A stretch of 64,000 nucleotides of DNA from Cycas panzhihuaensis (lineage: Eukaryota > Plantae > Cycadophyta): contig CM041465.1 of NCBI GenBank assembly GCA_023213395.1, forward strand, positions 203,243,741 to 203,307,740, read 5' to 3'. How positions within the stretch are numbered: the stretch's first letter is position 1; each line of letters starts with the position of its first letter. Below the pieces are notes generated by a model. The model was not told the origin of the DNA, searched no databases, and saw only the letters and a program-made list of their open reading frames with translations. This document shows positions 1 through 13,900 of this stretch, one piece after another. The position numbers and the translations under genes are program-made.

Positions 1-1149
1 ATAAATGATCAAGGGATGTTGTGATGCCCATAGTGGTCACCAAGTCATGATGGATCAAAAATAAGAAGAGGTTTACCCAAGTTAGGTTGTTTAATACCAA
101 TGGAATCAAGAAGGGGTTGAGTTTGCTTAGGGTGTCTCTTAAGTAAATCAAACATAAAAATTCCTATAAATATAGACTCAATCTCCTTAATGATAAATAA
201 GCCTTTAATCTTAGTAATCTATGGGAGGGAACAATGAAAATCTATTTTAATAAGTGAAAGAGGGATTTTAAGAATTTCTCTAGTTGACTTGGATGAGGAG
301 CTAGCTTAAAGTTCTTTAATGTATAGGTGTTAATCGCTAAAAGGTTAGTTGTCTCCATTATGTTAATGATTTTGGCTTGGGTATCCTAGTCATCCTTAGG
401 AATGGGCTTTTAGTATATTAACATTTAGTGGGTTTAATAAAGGTGGAACCTTCTTTAGTTTTAGACTCAAAACTAGAGGATTGATCTTCCTCTTTAGTAG
501 GACCCTTTCCTTTTCATTTGTCTTCAAGGTTGGGAAAAGGATTGAAATAAATTGCCAAGACTTTGTTTAGGTGAGATGATTATTGAATGGATGAAGCGTA
601 GGTCCTACCAAGCTACTTGAGCTTATTTCACTCTAATCTATCATGGGTATTAGTTTGGTAGTAAGTGCACCAAGGGCCCTTCTTGTTAGGAGAATGAAGG
701 AGAGCCTTAGATGGCTATTCAAGTTTCTGATCTATAAGATGAATGGTCTTAGAATCCTTTAAAGGTTTAGGAGAAAAAGTTGAAAGCTTAGACATGATAA
801 AGCACTCCAAAGTATAAAGGGTAGAAGTAAGTCGATCATAGGTCCTATCATCTTGGCTATGCTTAGGTTTAGGAGTAGGCTCCTATATAAGAGTGGAAAA
901 GGTCTTATTTGACTTCTTGACTCCAAGATAAATCTTAAAATATTCAAGGGATAGGTGCTTATCAATGATACTCTAACAAGTAGTTGGTCCAAGTTTTAGC
1001 ACCTCAAGGTGGGCTTAAGGGTTGAGCACATTGATGAAGTCAAAAAGAAGATCAGAAGCAAAGGGGCATTGGCATGAATGGACCAAGTTTTAAAAATAAT
1101 GAATAAAATCCTAAGAGAACTTATCTACCTCTTATTTCATAAAAAAGAG

Positions 1150-1420
1150 TACTTTGACCCCCATCTCAAAAGGACAAGTAACATCAAAATAATTAATGAA
1201 TGATTCTACAAATTGTTGGAAGTAATGGGTGGATGCATTTGGCAGCTTGTATAACCATTTTAGGGAATCACTCACTAAGGTTTTAGGGAAGATCTACATC
1301 TTGATATGATCATAAGATAGGTAGTTAATGAATATAAGTGTAAAATCTTATACATGACCAGTCAGATCTTGACTCAACTCACCTCTAACTTGGGGGGTTC
1401 AAATATAAAGGGTGGGAGAG
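1150..1420 (-). pseudogene. gag: Degenerate Ty3/gypsy (Tat/Ogre-like) gag capsid relic
   Basis: Minus-strand translation gives DLTGHV*DFTLIFINYLSYDHIKM*IFPKTLVSDSLKWLYKLPNASTHYFQQFVESFINYF, matching the Retrotrans_gag LFP.SL...A..W...LP......F...F pattern, with stops. Flanking 1-4700 is probably the rest of this relic. Confidence 0.6.
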
Positions 1421-2493
1421 GGTATAAGAGAACCGTTTATAGGAAGGGATTCCTCTTATAATCAATATAAGTCCTCCCTATCATAAAAGAAGAGGAGGAA
1501 GATAGTTGTATACTAGATTAAGGTAAAGGAACCACTCTATATGTGGGTTGACCTTGGGTTGGAGTAGGATTAGCAGCATTTGAAGCACTAGCATAAAAGG
1601 TTAAATCACCATATGGTTGAGTGGGTGGTTGTATGTTGGTGATGCTAGTCTAAGGTTCATGAGAAGTAGGCATGTTGGGTTGTAATGAAGCCTAAGGAAT
1701 ATGGATATTACCTCAAAAAAGAGTGTATTCACCCATGCCTAAATGGGATGCAAAGGATTAACCATAATGCATTCCAAGTTGGGGATCAACTCCCTAAATG
1801 AATTGAGGAGTGAATGTAGTGATGAGCTTGAAAAGGGATGGAATGAGACCAATAGAAGGTGGTTATGTCTATGTGAAAATGGGAGGTGCCTAATTGGTAG
1901 GAATGGATTCTATTTGGATGGAATTAAATAGTATGGAAGCAGGTGTACGAGAGGATGAGGATGCAAGAACCAATTGTGAATGAGTAAGGCATTACCCCCA
2001 TGTAGAGTTGGTAGATGTACTGAGCCCTTAGGAAGGAGTGATAAAAATAAGAGGAACAAAAGATGGAGTGATAAAGTAGGTTAGATGGATATAAGCATAA
2101 TGTATAGGACCATATCTAAGAGATTGAGGACCTTGAAATGACTTGGATACTTTAAAGTCTAAAACATGGGTGCTACATATGGATATGGTATGTTACGTAG
2201 TAGGTAGAATGGAAGGTATCAAGGATATGGAGTAAGAAATAGAAGTGTTATCCCATTGATGAGGCTCATGGGAAGTTCCTACTTATATAGGGCACCTTAA
2301 CTTAAGGAGATTAAGGATATTCTCATGAAAAGGTGCATGAATGCCTCGAGAAGAGGATGGTTTAATGTCTTCATGGGTATGACTTGAAGAGGGGCAAACT
2401 CTCTAAGAGGGAGTTATTCTAATATAAAATAGGCTAAACCAAATATGTGTAATTATGACCATGAGTAGGAGGTAGTGGGGGAGATCAATGGGG

Positions 2494-3358
2494 TGTTATT
2501 TTCATTATAGAGGAGTTAACAAAATATATTCAAGTATAAGTATTCAATAGATGTAACTAGAATGATTCATGTAATCAATCCAAGCAAGAATGCAAGTCTA
2601 CCCTATACTAATAGTCATTAAAATATTTGTTTGGGATTTAGATGGTCCTAAATGAATTAGTCCTTCTGCAAGGAGAGGGGATATAAAGGGAAGAGCCAAA
2701 TAATATATGACAAAACAGTCGTTTAGAGACTTAATAAATAACACAGTGTAATATCAACTTAAAATGCAACTTGAGAAAGTGACATGAGTAACCTAGGGTA
2801 GGCATAAATAAAGTTGTGAGAACAAAGGTTTAACTCACATGTTGATTTCTTTATATTTGTATTTAAGATAAATAGAGAAAGGTATATAAGAAAAGTAGAG
2901 GAATTAGAGAAGAAATCTTATAAGACCTTTATTATTTATGCCACACCCCTTGGTATGCTAAATCAATGTTGTCTAAGACTTGGGTATTAGTGCATGATTT
3001 CACCTCACTTTATATATCCACTTATCACTAAACATGCTTAGGTAATAATAATAACTCCTAGTTAGGGGCCTTCCTTAATAACCCTAAAAAATCCTTGTAG
3101 GTTTCATTATATCTCCACCTATGTGAAGAGGCTACTATTATGGTAATTTCTCCTTAATTCCCCTCAATAATACACCTATAGAGGGTTGTCTCTATCCCAA
3201 TGATTGATTCCATGTATACGGGGGTAACAATCTTCAACAATGTTATTTTCATTATAGAGGAGTTAACAAAATATATTCAAGTATAAGTATTCAATAGATG
3301 AAACTAGAATGATTCATGCAAGTAATCCAAGTAAGAATGAAAGTCTAACCTATACTAA
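2494..3358 (+). repeat. ~118-bp direct repeat pair (2494-2611 and 3241-3358)
   Basis: Both copies begin tgttattttcattatagaggagttaacaaaatatattcaagtataagtattcaatagatg (first 60 nt identical) and end ...cctatactaa. Confidence 0.9.
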
Positions 3359-4775
3359 GCACACCAAGCAAGTTACAAAAATGAAATAGGCATATTTGTG
3401 CAAGCAAATCTATTAAAAAGAAATAGGCAAACTAGAGGATCTAAGCCACAAGTGCACTTACACTTGGCTTTCCTCTTTCTAATCACATGTAGCTATATAA
3501 GAAATTGAAACAAGTAGTTCTACAAGCAAACTAAATGAAAATAATGAGTAAAGGATAGAAATAAAGGGGTTTGCCTTTTGAGGAGCCTCTTAGTCTTGTT
3601 TTCTTACTTAGTACTTCTTTATCCTTTTAGGTTCTTTCTAAGATGCTTTTCACCTTATACTAAAGGGATCTTAATTAGGTCTTCAAAAAAAAAACTCCTC
3701 AAAGATTAAAAAAACTAAAGATAACACCACAAATTGAGAGAGAGTTATGCAAAGAAGACACTAGTTAAGTTCTCTTTACTATGATAAACCATGATGAAAA
3801 AGCTTAAATAAAGGAAATAATGTTTGAGCATGAAAAGTGTAATATAATGCAAGAGATTGAATGAGAAATTATTGAGTGTTATTATACTTATATATGAACG
3901 TGGTAGGCATATTAGAATTATTCTTTGAAGATATATTGATTGACTTGTATATGCTAGCAAGAAAATTAGAGGTGAGCCAAACAAGCAAGCAGGCAATTAA
4001 AACTAGTTAATGCAAGTAGAATACCACAATCAAGAGGTAGCCTTTCATTTACAAGCCCAATCACAAATTCTTTCAAAGTAGAGAGTAATAAAGTCAAAGT
4101 AAATGATTCAAGAACATGCAAAAAACAAAAGAGACCTCAAACAATCACAAGTAATAATAACGACAACTAGTTTCTCATAAGCAAACTGACAAGTAAATGA
4201 CCAAATTAATGGTAAATTAAGCTTCTTAAACTAGAAGAAAACAAGACCTAATTAATTTATAAATAAGCTTGAATAAACAAGGATGTAAATACCAACTTAG
4301 AACAATTAATTTCTACTAGAAATCAAAATGTAAATGACAGCAAAAAAGAGAAGGGAACAATGTAGAAGAGAGAGAAAAGCCCCCCTCTAAAGAGGCTATG
4401 TATTTGCTCTTTAACTTAGCCAAATCACTTCATAATCACCACCAAACTTTGATCATAAGCATGTGAAAAAACCTTTAACACTTACACATAAGACAAATCA
4501 AACATGTAAAAAGACAAGAAGGCAAAATAAAACAAGAAAAAGAGTAAGCTTCCAAAAGTCCAAAATCCAAAAGTCCCATGCCAAATGAGCCTACAAGATT
4601 TTGTAGGGCTATTAGAACTTGGATTTTACTAGAAAACCACTTGTATTATGACCAAAATATTCTGATGTTGCATTTGGTATGATTAAAACAAACTAAAACA
4701 AAACATAAAACAAAGCAAAAAATATTTTTTTTTTAAATTTCGAGATAACACAAAACTTTAACACAATAGCCCCAG

Positions 4776-4876
4776 CAAAATTATGGTGGTACAATCAAAA
4801 TTTAGATGGTACCATCAAAATATTTAATAGTATATTTTGGTCCATCAAAATTTGATAGTACCATCAAATAATTTTG
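4776..4876. repeat. ~100-bp foldback / MITE-like inverted repeat
   Basis: Left arm caaaattatggtggtacaatcaaaatttagatggtaccatcaaaatat. The reverse complement of the right arm is caaaattatttgatggtactatcaaattttgatggaccaaaatat. Built from gatggtaccatc-like subunits. Confidence 0.7.
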
Positions 4877-5368
4877 GCAAGATCTATTGAGGAGAATAAA
4901 GGAACAATGCATAAACATAAAATGATTCAACTTATATTAGAAAGCTTGAGAAAAGACTTGTACAAAATACATAACATATTATGTAAAGTGAGGAGAATTA
5001 TTCTATACTCAACCTATCTATAATGTTTTTGGCAACATAATATTAAACTTTAAAACTATAATAAGATGCATGGGAATGATCTCTTTTTACATAAGAGTTC
5101 TTGACTACAAGACCATGGTATATGTTATATATCAAAATAAGAAGAAATATTTGAGTACAACTTTTCTTCCTAAATATAAATGATGGTGATAATATCAACC
5201 ATCAAATATTAACTATTCATATAAGACATATGACTAAGTCATTAAAGATAAAATAGATAAAGTGACAATTTAAAATCATACAAAATATAACGCTAGAATA
5301 AAGCATAAAATACCAAAATAAAACTATATATGGTCAGGACTTAATGCTAAAACATAAAGGTTATAATA
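4877..5368 (-). repeat. Copia-A 3' LTR (left boundary approximate)
   Basis: Homologous to ~22630-23120 and adjacent to the PPT relic and RNase H end. Confidence 0.7.
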
Positions 5369-5399
5369 CTTTCCCTGAATGTGTATAATACTAAGTTAA

Positions 5400-7531
5400 A
5401 CGCTGAGGTCATCTTGAAAATACTTCAACTTCTCTTTACTAAGTGCTTTGGTGAAGATGTCAGTACATTATTGATTTATCAATTTATAGACAAGATCAAT
5501 CTCACCATTTCAGACATGTTCTCTAATGAAGTGGTAATAGAACTTAATGTTTCTTATTTATACATGAAATATAGGATTCCTAAAAATCTTATGCATACTT
5601 TGATTATCATAGTATAATGGAGTTGGGAGTGATTACTTAATGCCAAGCTCTCCAAGAATCTGTCTTAGCCAAATAACCTTATATACTACTCTGATAGTAG
5701 CTTTATATTCTATTTTAATGGAGGAAAAGTGATATTTGGTTACTTCTTATAACTCCACAAAATAACTATAGGCCTAAAGTTAAAATAGTAATCTAAAGTA
5801 GATTTATATTTGTATTGGTATCCTCACCAATTAGAATTAAGGGACTCTTCAAGTGTGAAGTTCTTGTTATGAGTATATTGGAAATTATACTACAATATAC
5901 CTTTGAGGTAACCAAAAATCCTCTTTATAGTATTTTAGTATCATTGATTAGGTTGAATTATAAATTTAGAGTAAATTATAATAGCATATATAATGTTAGA
6001 CCTAATATTTGTTAGATAAATAAGACTACCTACTAGTTGTCTAAAGAGGGTGAAATCAATAGATTTTCTTCCTTATCAAATGGTAATTTAGTACTTACAT
6101 CTATAGGGGTCGATAAAGATTTACGATCCTACATTTTGAAATATTACAAAATATCCTAACTATACTTATTTGGATATGAAGATATGGCCTAGCTATTGCC
6201 ATACCTCCATACCAAGAAAATAATGATGAAGCTCAAGATTAATCATCCCTAAACTTCTTTTTAAGTCACCTTGAAGATTTTCTATCATTTCAATATTATT
6301 TCCAATAATTATTAGATCATCAATATATAACATAACAAGAGTGACATGTTGGTATTAAACCTTAATATATAGATTTAAGTCTGATGAGGATCGATGAAAA
6401 TTATATCTCAAGAAGCAATCATCGATTTTCAAAAACCAAGTAAGTGCTACATATTCCAGACTATATAAGGCCTTTTTAAGGTGACAAATAAGATGTTATT
6501 TATTATATGAAATATAATTAAGAAGTTATTTCAGATATACTTCCTCAGTTAAATCGTCATTAAAAAAATCACTTTTGGCATCCATCTAATATAATAGCCA
6601 TTTACATTGAGTAGCTCTATCCATAACCACTTTAATGGTGTTCATATTTATGACAAGTATAAATGTTTTGTCATAGTCATTGCCTTCCTACTATTTAAAA
6701 CTTTTTATAACCAGATGAGTTTTATATCACTCAATAATGCCATTAGATTAAAATTTATTTTGTAGATCCACTTGCAATTGATGGTCTATTTACCTTCTAA
6801 GAATTCAACCAAGTCCCACATGTCATTATGATAAATAAAATGGATCTCATCATCCAGTATAGCTTATCACTTTTCATTTATATATGCCTCCTAAAAAATG
6901 GAAGGCTCTAGAGTATTAAGTACTTTGGCCATAAGTACATGGTTAATAGTAGTTGGTGGTCATATTATAGATGGGTATTTTACCTTCAATAGTTTACATA
7001 ACTATTATAATCTATATATACTATTTTGTAAACTTCTTTGCCAATATAAATGTTACTTTAATGTCTTATGATAATGAACTATACTAAAACTCAAAAATAC
7101 TTACAATACTTAATGAAGGAATTAAGAAAGATAATGGGGGAGAAGTAGGTGTTGATGAAGGATATGGTGTGGAAGATATTGAGGGGATAGAACCCTCAAT
7201 GATGGTTTTACCTTTATCAAGGGAGATAAGAATGGAATTAAGGTCCAACTCTCTATTGTCTTTTGTAAATATAATATCTTAAGAGATATGCATCCTTTTG
7301 TGAATGTGATCATATAATGTATAGGCTTTACTATGAGTATCATACTTGATAAACATGTATTTGAGACTTTTGTCATTAAGCTTCCATCTTTACTCTTGGG
7401 GAATATTTATATAAGTTGTACACTTAAAAGTATAAAGATAGTTGATTATGGATTTCTAGCTAATCCAAGCCTTTGCAGGTATCTTACTTAAGATTATTGT
7501 AGTATAATTATAATTTGATAAGTAAGTAGTA
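5400..7531 (-). pseudogene. pol: Copia-A RNase H, RT and integrase C-terminal relic
   Basis: Minus strand gives DIFTKALSKEKLKYFQDDL near 5400-5465 and QTTTYLSNYNYTTIILSKIPAKAWIS*KSIINYLYTFKCTTYINIP at 7400-7536. RT-like blocks lie at 5900-6830. Many stops. Confidence 0.8.
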
Positions 7532-7536
7532 GTTTG

Positions 7537-8088
7537 TGTTGAGAAAACTAGGTCCTAATAACTAGAAACTGCCATTAAGATCTAAACTATTTTACAACTA
7601 GTTATAAGAATTTAAACTAAAATTTAACATACAAGTTCTTAAACTAGAGATAATATAATAAATAAATTAGAAAGCCAAAGCATCATATATACATTGATAT
7701 AATGTAATAAAACCCTAGTAGTGTACTAGGAAAATATCCATATAGGAAAAGTATCAATCTTTATTATAAAAAAATGGAGAAATATCCATAATCTGCAATA
7801 GAATGGTCATAGTAACAATAACTAGCTACCTCTTCTTAATACAGTATATTCAATACATAGAAGACTATCAACCTAATGAAAAAACACCCTAAATCAAGCT
7901 ATATAAGAGAGTCATATAAGGCACAAATCTTGACCATAGAATCTAGGGTATTTTAAATAAATGACCCTGATTCTCTTTATAGATTAGTATGTTTTATAGT
8001 ACTAGCTTTTTGGGTCAAGGGCTACTGCCCCCATTAGATCCCCCTGTTAAAGTTTGAGGGGGAAACCACACTATCAACCTATTTAATA
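7537..8088. mobile_element. Solo LTR (552 bp) inserted in the Copia-A integrase
   Basis: Starts tgttga and ends tttaata (eroded ..aaca). TSD GTTTG at 7532-7536 and 8089-8093. The host integrase reads EVVQT|TTYL when the insert is removed. Contains a gggtcaagggctactgccccc motif of a kind seen in gymnosperm copia LTRs. Confidence 0.75.
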
Positions 8089-10092
8089 GTTTGTACTACT
8101 TCTACTCAGTATGACTAAGTGAGACCTTAAGTATGCATCATGCACTTTACCTTACTGGCTAAAGTTTTGTTCATCTTTTCTACCAGACCATTTTGTTGAG
8201 GTATATAAGGGGCAAGAAATTGGCATTTGATGTCATTTTGAATATAAAATTGATTAAAATCCTTAGATATATACTCACCACCATTATCAAAGTAAAGTTT
8301 CTTTATTCACATGCTTGACCCATTTTTAATTACAATTTTAAATTCTTTAAATTTGTTAATTACTTCTAATTTATATCTAAGAAAATAAATCCACATATTA
8401 TATAAGTAATCATTAATAAAGGTAATAAAGAATAAAACTCCTCCAAGAGATTGTATAGACATAGCTCTATAAATATCTAAATAGATAAGCTATAATGAGT
8501 GTTGTGCTCTCTAAGCCTAACATTTTTTAAAAGGTTCCTGATGTTGGTTCTTCATAAGGCAAGCTTTGCATAGGCAATTACCTATTGAGATTTTAGACAA
8601 TCCATATACTATATTTTGTTTGAACATTAGTCTGATGTTATTTAGGTTTAAATGACCTAAATTTTCGTTCTATAATTTAGTCTTATTTAGAGAATACAAG
8701 ATTAAGGCATAAGGTTTACGAGATGTTTTGTCTAATTTATAAAGACTATGATCCTCATAACCAATGGCAACAATCTAGTCTTCTCTATCTCTTATGATAT
8801 ATTTCTTATCTTTAAATAATATACTTATATGTTATTTGTCTAATTGGCTAATAGAGAGTAGGTTTCTAGACATTCCTAGTATAAGAAATACATTGCCACT
8901 AGAAAATGTAGGAGTAGGGTATTGATCATTAAAATGTGTAATTATACTTATACCTGGTATTTCTATAGTGATATTATTCCTAAAGGTCATTATTGTTCCC
9001 TTTATCTTTTATATATCTATTAATAATTCAGCATCATCTATTACATAACTTGATGCTATTGAATTAACAACTTAAGTGTTGTTATTTAAAAGTCACTATA
9101 AGCACAAAAGATCTTATCCCTTTGATTGTGCTATATTGTATGGACCTAAAAACCACCATGAACTATTCCCCTTAGACTATCATAATGATCATATCATAAT
9201 ACACCTCGAGTTGGTCCTTATGAGGGTTAATATTATTATTGTTGATGATGTTGATGTTATTATTGTTGTTGTTGTTGTTATTGTATATCACTCTACTTCT
9301 TCCTACATTCCAGTTGAATGTGGCCTACTTTGTCATAATAATGATAAATGTCAATATTTGATTTAACTTACTTGATGTTAATATTTCCAAATTCTTCTAA
9401 AAGTTTTGCTTGGATTAAAATGAATGATTCTTTTTAAATTTAGTTTTGAAAGTGTCTAATGTGCTTGCCTTATTTTGTCAGAAGTAGATTTTCCCCTCTT
9501 ATAGTAATAGTATTTCTAACCTGTTAAAAGTTAGAATGGATAAGGTGCCCTTTCATAAGATATCTAAGATGAAGTTATTCTAGTATTTTAGAAGAGCATA
9601 AGTTATAGCAGTACTTAAGTCTTCATTTAAAGTTATCTTTCTAAGAGCTGTTAGTTAATTTCTTATAGCTTTTACATAAAATAAATAGATTATTATGGGC
9701 AAAATAAATTGCAAGCTAAACAACTTAGCTTTATACATTACAATTCTAACAACATCTCTACATTTATATAAGGCAACAATTGTATCCCAAACCTCTTTAG
9801 ATGCTATTGCAGATTCCATGTTCTAATCAACACTAACATTTAAAGATAAATGAATAAATACAAGTGCAACTTTATCTTTTACTTTAAAAGTAGCAAATAT
9901 AATAGGCTTAGTAGGAGTAAGATTATTTTGACTTGTTAGATATGGTGTTGGTTTAAATTTAGTGGTGATGCCAAATAGATAGCCCCATAACTCATTCATG
10001 GTTAATAGATTCTTTACTTACCTCTTCCATGTCAAATAATTTTTAATGTTTATTAATATAATTGTGTTTGTGTTAAGCATCTAATTTACCAT
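8089..10092 (-). pseudogene. gag-pol: Copia-A integrase core, protease and gag relic
   Basis: Minus strand shows DNGGEY at ~8270-8290, PYIPQQNGLVERMN at ~8165-8210, a GAG-pre-integrase-like segment at ~8650, and a gag N-terminus (KNYLTWKR) near 10020-10090. Confidence 0.75.
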
Positions 10093-10498
10093 GATAAAAG
10101 ATTATAACTAAAAATAAGCTTGGAAACTATTGAGTTATAATGCACAAGTTTCATTCAATATCTCAAATTATTTAGTGCTAGGCTAAAAATCATAAAGATA
10201 GAATGGAGGGCCTCACTAGTAAATCATGCAACCTTATGACTAGATTAGATATTGGTCAAGTTATCAGAATTTATACAATTAAGGCAATGTTAATTGGCAT
10301 TGTGTATTACATTTTCCTTAGTATTCACAACATTGATAACACCATTTTTTAGTCTCCCTACTTATTTCTTAATTGTTGTGCACTAGTCATATAGTCAGTT
10401 GGTCCCCTAAGGAATGCACCAAGCTTAAGACTTCAATATTTTTTCGAATTTTTAATGTTGATCACAAGTGATATTAAGTTATTTTAGAACATGCCTTA

Positions 10499-10744
10499 TG
10501 TTAAAAATGGGAGCAAAACCAAATCAAATACATATGCCAATCACATAAACGAATATGCATAGATATCCAGTGGGAAAACCCACCTCAGAACTTTGATTAC
10601 ATTTGATCTAAAAGCATAAAGAGTATAAGGTGATCTTCAGATATATATAGATCTGAAAAGGCCTAAAAATAAACATCTGTCAGCCCAAAATAATAATAAA
10701 GATTTTTGCATAATATTTACATTAGTCGGGTAGTATTTTTAACA
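10499..10744 (-). repeat. Copia-B 3' LTR (246 bp)
   Basis: tgttaaaaat...atttttaaca terminal inverted repeat. Followed by tccctgctta (PPT reverse complement). Confidence 0.95.
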
Positions 10745-10819
10745 TCCCTGCTTAATGTAAATGTTGGTCTTCAAAATAAGGAAGTGTCTAACCTTTGTCT
10801 TGAAAACCAAATTCTCCTT

Positions 10820-13800
10820 CAAGATTAAGTCCTAAATGTGCATGAATCTTTAAAAACTAATCTTCAGTAAGAGCCTTGGTAAACACATCGGCAAGCTACT
10901 CCTCACTTGGACAATATTCAGTCTGCATCTTTCCTAATCTGATCAACTCACAAATGTAGTGGTGTTGAATTTCAATGTGCTTTATACGTGTGTGAAACTC
11001 TAGACTCTTTGAAATTTGAATAGTACTTTGATTATCATAATGAATAACTAGAGTGTTAGATGATATACCTAGTGTCTCCAAAAGTCCCTGCAACCATACA
11101 GCTTTGCTTGCACCAACACTTAGACTTTGATACTCTGCTTCTGTAGAAGAGAAGGCCATGGTAGATTACTTTTTAGATTGCCAAGAGACAAACCCATTTC
11201 TAATGCCAAAAATATACCCTGTGGTTGATTCGGTCTTCAGTATCTCCGTCCCAATCAGCATATGTATACCCATACAATTTTGCCTTGCCACCATGAAGGT
11301 ATTCAAGACCAAGATTAAGTGTACCCTTAATATACTTTAAAATCCTCTTCATTACATTCAAATGTAGCTCTAGGGGATTTTACATAAAACGAGACACTAA
11401 TCCAATAGCATAGGCAATATCAGGTCTAGTATGAGTTAGATAAATCAAACTCCCTACTAATTATCGATATAATGTCCCATCTACAGCTGGTTTATCCATG
11501 TTCTTCTGAAGTTGTGTGTCTTTCAAGCATGGTGTTCTAGCCAGTTTGCAATCCTTCAGCCCAAATTTCTCAAGTAGGGATTGAGCATACCTTGTCTACA
11601 ACATCATGATGTGATCTTTCATCTGCCTAATCTCGATGCCCAAAAAGTGATGGAGAGGACCAAGATCTATCATATCAAAGTTATGACCCAAAAAGGTAAT
11701 TGTATATGTAATAGTCCTACTATAATTTCCTGTAATAATAAGGTTATCCACATACAAAACAGTAAGAATAATTGAAGATCCTTTCTTTCTAATATAAAGA
11801 CTTGGTTCAAAATCTGTTGTCACAAAGCCATGATCCTTTAATCTAGCATCAATCTTCTTGTACTAAGCACGTGGTGCTTGTTTTAAGCCATAAAGAGATT
11901 TCTTTAATCGACATACTAAATGCTCATGTCCTTTCTTCACGAAACCTGGAGGTTGGGCCATATAAATCTCCTCCTTCAAGTCTCCATGAAGAAAAGTGGA
12001 CTTTACATCCATTTGATGTAACACCCAACCAAAAGCAGCTACTAAAGTAAGGATTAATCAAACCATTGAAATCTTAGAGACCAATGCAAAAGTCTCTTCA
12101 TAATCGATTCCTTCTTTCTATTTAAAATCTTGAGCTACAAGTCTAGCTTTATACTTATCTACTTCACCATTGGTGTAATACTTTACCTTGTAGACCCACT
12201 TGCAGCCAACCAAGTTTTTTGAGGGAGGAAGTCAGACTAAATCCTATGTATTATTCTTCATAAGGGAACAAAATTCTTCCTCCATTACAGCTTTCTATCA
12301 TGGATCTTCCTTCGCTTCATCAAATGAAATAAAGTCGTTAGTGTTCATCACTAAGACCTGACTGGCATATTGACTCCTTGCCCTCTGACCATCTTCTAGA
12401 TTTTCAATTGTCACTCCTAAGTCTTCAATGGTTCTTTTCGTCCATAATGGAACATAAAGTGTAGATCGCGTTTCAACCTATGAAAGATTCTTAATATAAC
12501 TTCCACATGGTCCTCCTTCAGAAACATTCTACGGAACAGACTCATGTACATGTAAATCTGTAGAATCACGACTCAGAAAAGGTAGAAGTGGAGGGTAAAA
12601 TATATCTTTACAAGATCTATCAATATGATACGTCATTGACTCGTTAAACTTAACATCCTGATTAATCAATATTTTCTCCCCTTGTGGATCCCAAAGTCTA
12701 TAAGCCTTACTCTCAGGAGAGTACCCCATAAAAATACACTTTAAACTCTTGCTATCTAATTTCTTTCAATTTTTGTTTAGGATGTGTGCATAGGCAATGC
12801 ACCCAAATACCTTAAAATAATTAATAGAAGGTTTTTAATCGGTCAAACATTCTTCAGGGGTAATACCATGAACAACAGAAGTAGGTACCCTATTTAAAAT
12901 ATGAACTGTTGTCGCCACAGCTTCTACCCAAAACTTGGGAGGCAAACTCTTACCATGCACTATGCACCTCACCATTTCCATTATGGTATGATTTTTTCTT
13001 TCTGATATACCATTTTACTATGGGGTATATGGAACAGTAAATTCTTACTTAATACTATTGGCAAGACAGAGCTGATGAAAGGCATTGTTATCATACTCCT
13101 TTCCATTATCACTTCTTAATTTCCTAATCTTCATACCACATTCATTTTCAATATAAGTTTTCCATTCACAAAATCTATCAAATACATTAGACTTATTCTT
13201 TAAAAAGAAAAACCAGGTTTTTCTACTAAAATCATCTACAAACATAAGTACATAGCAAGCTCCAGAAATAGAAGGATTTAACAATGGACCCATCAAATCA
13301 GTATGGGTAGGTCCTAGTTTCTCTTTTTCCCTCCAAGCATTGTCTCTAGTAAAAGGATAATGATGATGTTTTCCATACATACATCCTTCACAAGCACCCT
13401 TTGAACATTGAATATGAGGCAAACCAATTACCATCTTCAAATGATTCATTAAATTGATGCTACAATAATTAAGATGACCCAATCTTTCATGCCATAACTT
13501 ACTCATATCATCAACACTGGCAATGAAAATATAAGAATCCTGATAGGTTTTAAAAGACTCAAACACCTAAAAGTTATCCTGTACTTTCCTAGTAGCAGCA
13601 ATAGAGAAGTATTTCTTTGGATCTCTAACTAAACGTAGAGCTCTATTTTCATATCTTGCTTGCAGATTTCCCAGGCTGATAGAAGATTTAGCTTCATTTG
13701 AGGCACGTAATAAACACCATAAAAATTTCCACTTGTAAGTGAAATGGTTCTAATACCTTCTACAGGCAAAAGACTGGCATCTCCGAGAATCTCATTAGCA

Positions 13801-13900
13801 TCAATTGAACATGTATCTAAGGCATAAAAAATATGCTTCTGATAGGTGATATGTTTTTTAGTACCTGAGTCTAAGATCTAATAATCTTTCTTTTCATATG
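10820..13900 (-). pseudogene. pol: Copia-B pol (PR, integrase, RT, RNase H), broken by stops and frameshifts
   Basis: ORF fragments: 13045-13566 (LWHERLGH, CEGC, FVDDFSRKTW, RSDNGKEY); 12529-12729 (GYSPESKAYRLWDP); 11596-11823 (LYVDNLIITG, DLGPLHHFLGIE); 10896-11159 (SSTEAEY, DNQS, KHIEIQHHYI). Protease ILDSGT at ~13870. Confidence 0.93.
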
